Shown: positions 33,400-36,549 of the stretch, in pieces
Numbering within the stretch: position 1 is the stretch's first letter
How the letters are laid out: each line of letters starts with the position of its first letter
NCBI GenBank assembly: GCA_033551855.1
Contig: JAWSUI010000037.1
Location: 1 to 36,549, forward strand
Direction of reading: 5' to 3'
Length of the DNA: 36,549 nt
From: Deferrisomatales bacterium
GTDB taxonomy: Bacteria > Desulfobacterota > Deferrisomatia > Deferrisomatales > JACRMM01
The notes under the pieces: generated by a model
The model's input: only the letters and a program-made list of their open reading frames with translations
Database searches by the model: none
Told to the model about the DNA's origin: nothing
Program-made: the position numbers and the translations under genes

Positions 33400-34723
33400 C
33401 GCCCGGGGGGCTGCGGCGACGCTTCGCGTCTCGGTGGTGACCCTCGGGTGCAAGGTCAACCAGTGCGAGTCCCGGGCCCTGGAAGAGAGCCTCGGCGACC
33501 GCGGGCACGTCGTGGTTCCCTTCGGCGAGCCCGCCGACGCCGTGGTGATCAACACCTGCACGGTGACGCACCGTTCGGACCGGGACGCCAGGGCCCTCGT
33601 CCGCCGAGCCCGGCGCACGGTGCCCGGCGCACGGGTGGTCGCCACCGGGTGCTACGCCCAGGTCGCCCCCGGGGAACTGGCTGCCCTGGGTGTCGACGCG
33701 GTAGTCGGCAACAGGGAGAAGAACGCGCTTCCGGAGCTCTTGGAGGCCGGGGTCGGCGGCGTTCTCGTGGGGGGCGTTTCGCAGGCGGGGGTTCTGGCCC
33801 CTGAGCCGGTGCACCGGTTCGAGGGCAGGTCCCGGGCGTTCCTCAAGGTCCAGGACGGCTGTGCGTGCTTCTGCGCCTACTGCATCGTGCCCTACGCCCG
33901 GGGCCCGTCCCGCAGCCTGTCCCTGGCCGAGGTCGGCTCGGGCCTGGGGCGGCTCCGGGACTCGGGGCACCAAGAGGTGGTGCTCACCGGTGTCCATCTG
34001 GGGTTCTGGGGACGGGACCTTGCGCCCCCGCGGGCCTTCGGTGAGCTCCTGGACGCGGCGGAAGCCTCGGGCGTCCCCCGGGTTCGGCTCTCCAGCTTGG
34101 AGCCCGGCGAGCTCACCGACGAGGTGGTCCGCCGGCTGGCGGGCTCCGCGACCCTCTGTCCCCACCTGCACGTCCCCCTCCAGTCCGGCTCCGACCGGGT
34201 GCTGGCGGCCATGGGCAGGCCCTACACCGGGGCGGAGTTTCGCAGGCGGGTCGAGGCGGCCGCCGCAGCGGTGCCGGGCCTGTGTCTGGGGCTGGACGTG
34301 ATCGCGGGCTTCCCGGGGGAGGACGAGGGCGCGTTCGAGGAGACCCTGGGGCTGCTCGAGGCGATCCCCTTCGCCTACCTGCACGTCTTTCCCTTCAGCC
34401 CCCGGAAGGGGACCCGGGCGTGGGGCCTTCCTGACCGGGTTCCGCCGCCCGTCGTCGCCGCCCGGGCGCGCCGGCTGCGGGAGCTCTCCGGCGTGCGCCG
34501 GAGAGCGTTCGAGCGAAACCACCGGGGATCGGTTATGCTGGCACTCCCGGAAGGGTGGGCATCCCCCGGGGTGCTCTCCCTGCGCACCCGCAACTACATC
34601 GAGGTCCGCGTCCCGTGGGCCGGGCCGCCGCCGCGCGAGGAGGTTTTCGTCCGGTTGGAGCGGCTGGAGGACACCTGGGTCGCGGGCCGCTGCACCGGCC
34701 CGGACGCTGCCGGAGGAGAGTGA
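33323..34723 (+). CDS. mtaB: tRNA t6A37 methylthiotransferase MtaB
   Basis: TLGCKVNQ, NTCTVT, TGCYAQ; radical SAM KVQDGCACFCAYC; LTGVHLG, HVFPFSPRKGT. Confidence 0.93.
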   Translation: MSSTADHLITPQASPLTAQRSPFTRDARGAAATLRVSVVTLGCKVNQCESRALEESLGDRGHVVVPFGEPADAVVINTCTVTHRSDRDARALVRRARRTVPGARVVATGCYAQVAPGELAALGVDAVVGNREKNALPELLEAGVGGVLVGGVSQAGVLAPEPVHRFEGRSRAFLKVQDGCACFCAYCIVPYARGPSRSLSLAEVGSGLGRLRDSGHQEVVLTGVHLGFWGRDLAPPRAFGELLDAAEASGVPRVRLSSLEPGELTDEVVRRLAGSATLCPHLHVPLQSGSDRVLAAMGRPYTGAEFRRRVEAAAAAVPGLCLGLDVIAGFPGEDEGAFEETLGLLEAIPFAYLHVFPFSPRKGTRAWGLPDRVPPPVVAARARRLRELSGVRRRAFERNHRGSVMLALPEGWASPGVLSLRTRNYIEVRVPWAGPPPREEVFVRLERLEDTWVAGRCTGPDAAGGE

Positions 34724-34726
34724 GCC

Positions 34727-35425
34727 GTGGACATGCGCCGCCGTGAGGATCTCCGGGATCTGGAGGAGCACCTGGGCTATCTCTTCGAGCGGCCCGAGCT
34801 CCTGGACCAGGCCCTCACCCACAAGTCCTACGCCAACGAGGCGGAACAGCCGGTGGCTGACAACGAGCGCCTGGAGTTCCTCGGGGACGCCGTGCTGGAT
34901 CTGATGGTGTCGCACCTGCTCTTCGACATCGCCCCGGGCCTTACCGAAGGCGAGATGTCGAAGGTGCGCGCCTTCCTCGTGAAGGAAGAGAGCCTCCGGC
35001 GCGTGGCGCGGGCCTTCGACCTGGGTGCGTACCTGCGGCTGGGGAAGGGGGAGGAGCAGACCGGGGGCCGCCACAAGGCCTCGATCCTGGCCGACACCTT
35101 CGAGGCGCTCCTGGCGGCCGTCTATCTGGACGGCGGGTTCGAGCTCGCCTACCGCTTCGCGGAGGGCATCTTCCAGCCCATCATCGCGGAGGCCGGCACC
35201 GAGGTCATGGACCGGGACTACAAGACCCGCCTCCAGGAGGTCTGCCAGGCCCGGTACGGCAAGGCCCCCGCCTACCGCCTGCTGTCCGAGTCGGGGCCGG
35301 ACCACGAGAAGGTCTTCGAGGTCGAGATCGTCCTGAGCAACCGCTCCCTCGGCCGGGGGCGGGGCCGCAGCAAGAAGGAGGCCGAGCAGCGCGCCGCCCA
35401 GGACGCCCTGGGGGTCCTGGAGTAG
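34727..35425 (+). CDS. rnc: Ribonuclease III
   Basis: ALTHKS, NERLEFLGDAVL, ADTFEALLAAVYLDGG; dsRBD DYKTRLQE..GPDHEK..SKKEAEQ. Confidence 0.98.
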   Translation: MDMRRREDLRDLEEHLGYLFERPELLDQALTHKSYANEAEQPVADNERLEFLGDAVLDLMVSHLLFDIAPGLTEGEMSKVRAFLVKEESLRRVARAFDLGAYLRLGKGEEQTGGRHKASILADTFEALLAAVYLDGGFELAYRFAEGIFQPIIAEAGTEVMDRDYKTRLQEVCQARYGKAPAYRLLSESGPDHEKVFEVEIVLSNRSLGRGRGRSKKEAEQRAAQDALGVLE

Positions 35426-35540
35426 GGGCACCCGGACGAGGGCATTTTACCCGATCGGGTTGGAATCCTACCCGTTCGTAGCCTTCACAAGCGCAGCCCG
35501 GTGTGGCCCACTGAGCATAGAGCCTCCCGGAGCGGACGCC

Positions 35541-36038
35541 ATGAAGCCTTGGGTGCTGACCCTCCTGATGTTCGCGGTAACAGGTGAGGGGTGCTCCCGC
35601 GGGGCCGACCCCGAGAGCCCTCCCAGGGCGGAGGCCGGCGAAAGGGTTGCGGCGGCGGAGGGTGCCGTGGCCTTTTCACCGGACCAGATGGCGCGGACGC
35701 TCCCCCCCCCCCGCTGGGAGTTGCCCGAGGCTCCGCCGCTCAGCAGCGCGTTCGATCCCCTGCCCGACTACCTGGAGTATGAGGACGAGGCCGTGGGTAT
35801 CGTTCTGGTGTTCGTCCCCGGCGGGTCCTACTTCATGGGAAGCCCGGCGGACGGGGGCCGGTACGATGAACAACCTCTCCACCGGGTGTCTGTCTCCGAT
35901 TTTTGGATCGGCAAGTACGAGGTGACCCAGGGGCAGTGGGCGACGGCCATGGACTGCCGCACCACCCAGCGACTAGCGTGTCCACCCGGAGTGAGGAGCC
36001 CCTTCATCGGCTTTCGGATTGCGATCTCGTCCCCGTAA
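35541..36038 (+). pseudogene. FGE-sulfatase (SUMF1-like) domain protein with a large in-frame internal deletion
   Basis: N-terminal motifs VPGGSYFMGS, DEQPLHRV, IGKYEVTQGQW join directly to the C-terminal CR...R...IGFRI; the central RLPTEAEWE, GLYDMxGNVxEW and RGGSW motifs are absent. Confidence 0.65.
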
Positions 36039-36549
36039 TCCGCTGAGGCTGCTGCCTCGCCGGGCCTCCTCTCCGCCGGTGAGGTCAGGCCTCGGCCCGC
36101 TCCTCGAGGGCGTGGCCGAACTGCTGGCAGGTGCCGGTCCCTTCAGAGGACGTCACCACCTGCTCGTCCAGCCAACTCGAGTAGGGCACGGAATAACCCC
36201 CTCCGCGGGGTTTTCCGGTGAGATCTCTCGGGGGCGGCCTCTTCGAACCATCAAAAATCACTGCGCTTTTCGAGCTCCGAGATTCGGAGCCCCCTCCATG
36301 GGGCGCACCGCAGGCCGTCTTTCAACGGCCTGCCGGTAGGGGCAGGGGAACGCTGGGACGTTGAGAGCGTCATCCGCGACGTCAGGGGGCGCGGAATCGG
36401 AGGCCGGGAGATCTCTTGGGATGAGGAGGATCGGGGGGGCTGCCCGGCGGTGGGAGGCGCTTTCTTGCTGCAAACCCTGAAGGACGTACCGATGCCAGCA
36501 ATTCCCGCTTCCGGCGGGAAAGGGGCGTGTCAACGTTTCCGACAAGAAG

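Overview
This is a very GC-rich (about 70% by eye) bacterial chromosomal window. Gene content and order (MXAN_5808-type S41 peptidase, era-der, rpsF-rpsR-DUF2232-rplI-dnaB, mnmA-mtaB-rnc) suggest an anaerobic deltaproteobacterium (Desulfobacterota/Deferrisoma-like; inference). About 35 CDSs are supportable, mostly housekeeping. No rRNA, tRNA, CRISPR array or transposase was seen. Four things stand out. (1) An unannotated family of ~190-215 bp intergenic elements occurs in 3 clear copies plus 1 degenerate copy. They have imperfect terminal inverted repeats and internal hairpins showing compensatory base changes, and two of them flank a small HNH nuclease gene. (2) A methanogen-type homocysteine/sulfide-assimilation operon (DUF39, UPF0280, NIL-ferredoxin) is extended by a cysteine desulfurase and TolC. 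It lies divergent from a second desulfurase-mnmA-mtaB tRNA-thiolation operon, with a heavily base-paired leader between them. (3) A CbrA/CrbS-like SLC5-transporter/histidine kinase relay has no DNA-binding output. (4) Smaller signals include an S6:S18 leader RNA, a VNTR in rpsF, heptamer and hexamer repeat tracts, candidate leaderless genes and an internally deleted FGE-sulfatase gene. All calls come from reading motifs by eye; no searches were run.
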